DNA from: an uncultured Planctomycetaceae bacterium
GTDB lineage: Bacteria; Planctomycetota; Planctomycetia; Isosphaerales; Isosphaeraceae
NCBI GenBank assembly: GCA_963833985.1
Contig: CAWIAD010000001.1
Span: forward strand, 1,216,001-1,280,000
Direction of reading: 5' to 3'
DNA: 64,000 nucleotides
The notes under the pieces are model-generated. The model was given only the letters and a program-made list of their open reading frames with translations. It had not been told where the DNA came from and did no database searches. The position numbers and the translations under genes were made by a program. How positions within the stretch are numbered: the first letter of the stretch is position 1; the number at the start of each line of letters is the position of its first letter. Shown here in pieces: positions 63,715 through 64,000 of this stretch.

Positions 63715-64000
63715 ATGGCGATTCAGTGGTACCTGCTCCAGGGCGACACCGACCTTGGTCCGATGTCGACGAGCGAGCTGAAGAGGATGGCCGCGGACGG
63801 CAAGATCGGCCCGAGGGACCTGGTGCGGAAGGAGGGCTCGACGCGCTGGGTCCCGGCCTCGGCGATCGAGGGACTCCTCTCAGCGCCCAGGTCGACACCG
63901 AGCACGCCCGTGGTAGAAACACCCTCGCCAGGTTCGGACGTTCCCGTCGAGCCTTCACCTGCGTCTGACCTCGACCACGCACAGCCCCAATCCGCTCCCC
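63715..64000 (+). CDS. GYF_2 (DUF4339) domain protein, truncated by the window end
   Basis: MAIQWYLLQGDTDLGPMSTSELKRMAADGKIGPRDLVRKEGSTRWVPASAIEGL; open to the edge and absent from the ORF track. Confidence 0.8.
   Translation, partial: MAIQWYLLQGDTDLGPMSTSELKRMAADGKIGPRDLVRKEGSTRWVPASAIEGLLSAPRSTPSTPVVETPSPGSDVPVEPSPASDLDHAQPQSAP

Overview
This is a GC-rich bacterial window, almost certainly Planctomycetota (Isosphaeraceae-like). The evidence is a planctomycete cytochrome c protein, DUF4058, DUF1080, TadE/TadG, a Ser/Thr kinase-FGE fusion and a GYF_2 protein. The window opens in the last ~2.2 kb of a CRISPR array (30 full 36-bp repeats plus 1 partial, type I-B/MYXAN-like repeat; no cas genes in the window). 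Housekeeping genes follow: ggt, thiO-like, DtxR/MntR, rlmI, clpS, ruvX, manC, a UAP1-like pyrophosphorylase, hcp, glnA, tRNA-Pro, rpiA, deoC and prpD-like. The centrepiece is a ~12-kb group 1h (high-affinity, atmospheric-H2 type) [NiFe]-hydrogenase operon. It carries two unexpected, translationally coupled members, a YfdC-type formate/nitrite channel and a cytoplasmic YceI lipid/quinone-binding protein. Its hypA is reduced to a 32-codon stub and hypF is absent. Also present are a plant-like Tat-exported polyphenol oxidase, a ChpT-like degenerate histidine kinase, a 145-bp MITE whose ends sit on TAG stop codons, other nested REP/MITE elements, and a TA/IS cargo block that appears to split an ECF42-YciI locus. 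About 20 small frameshifts in otherwise intact genes, many at GCGC motifs, are most likely long-read consensus errors. All family calls come from motif recognition by eye; no database searches were run.
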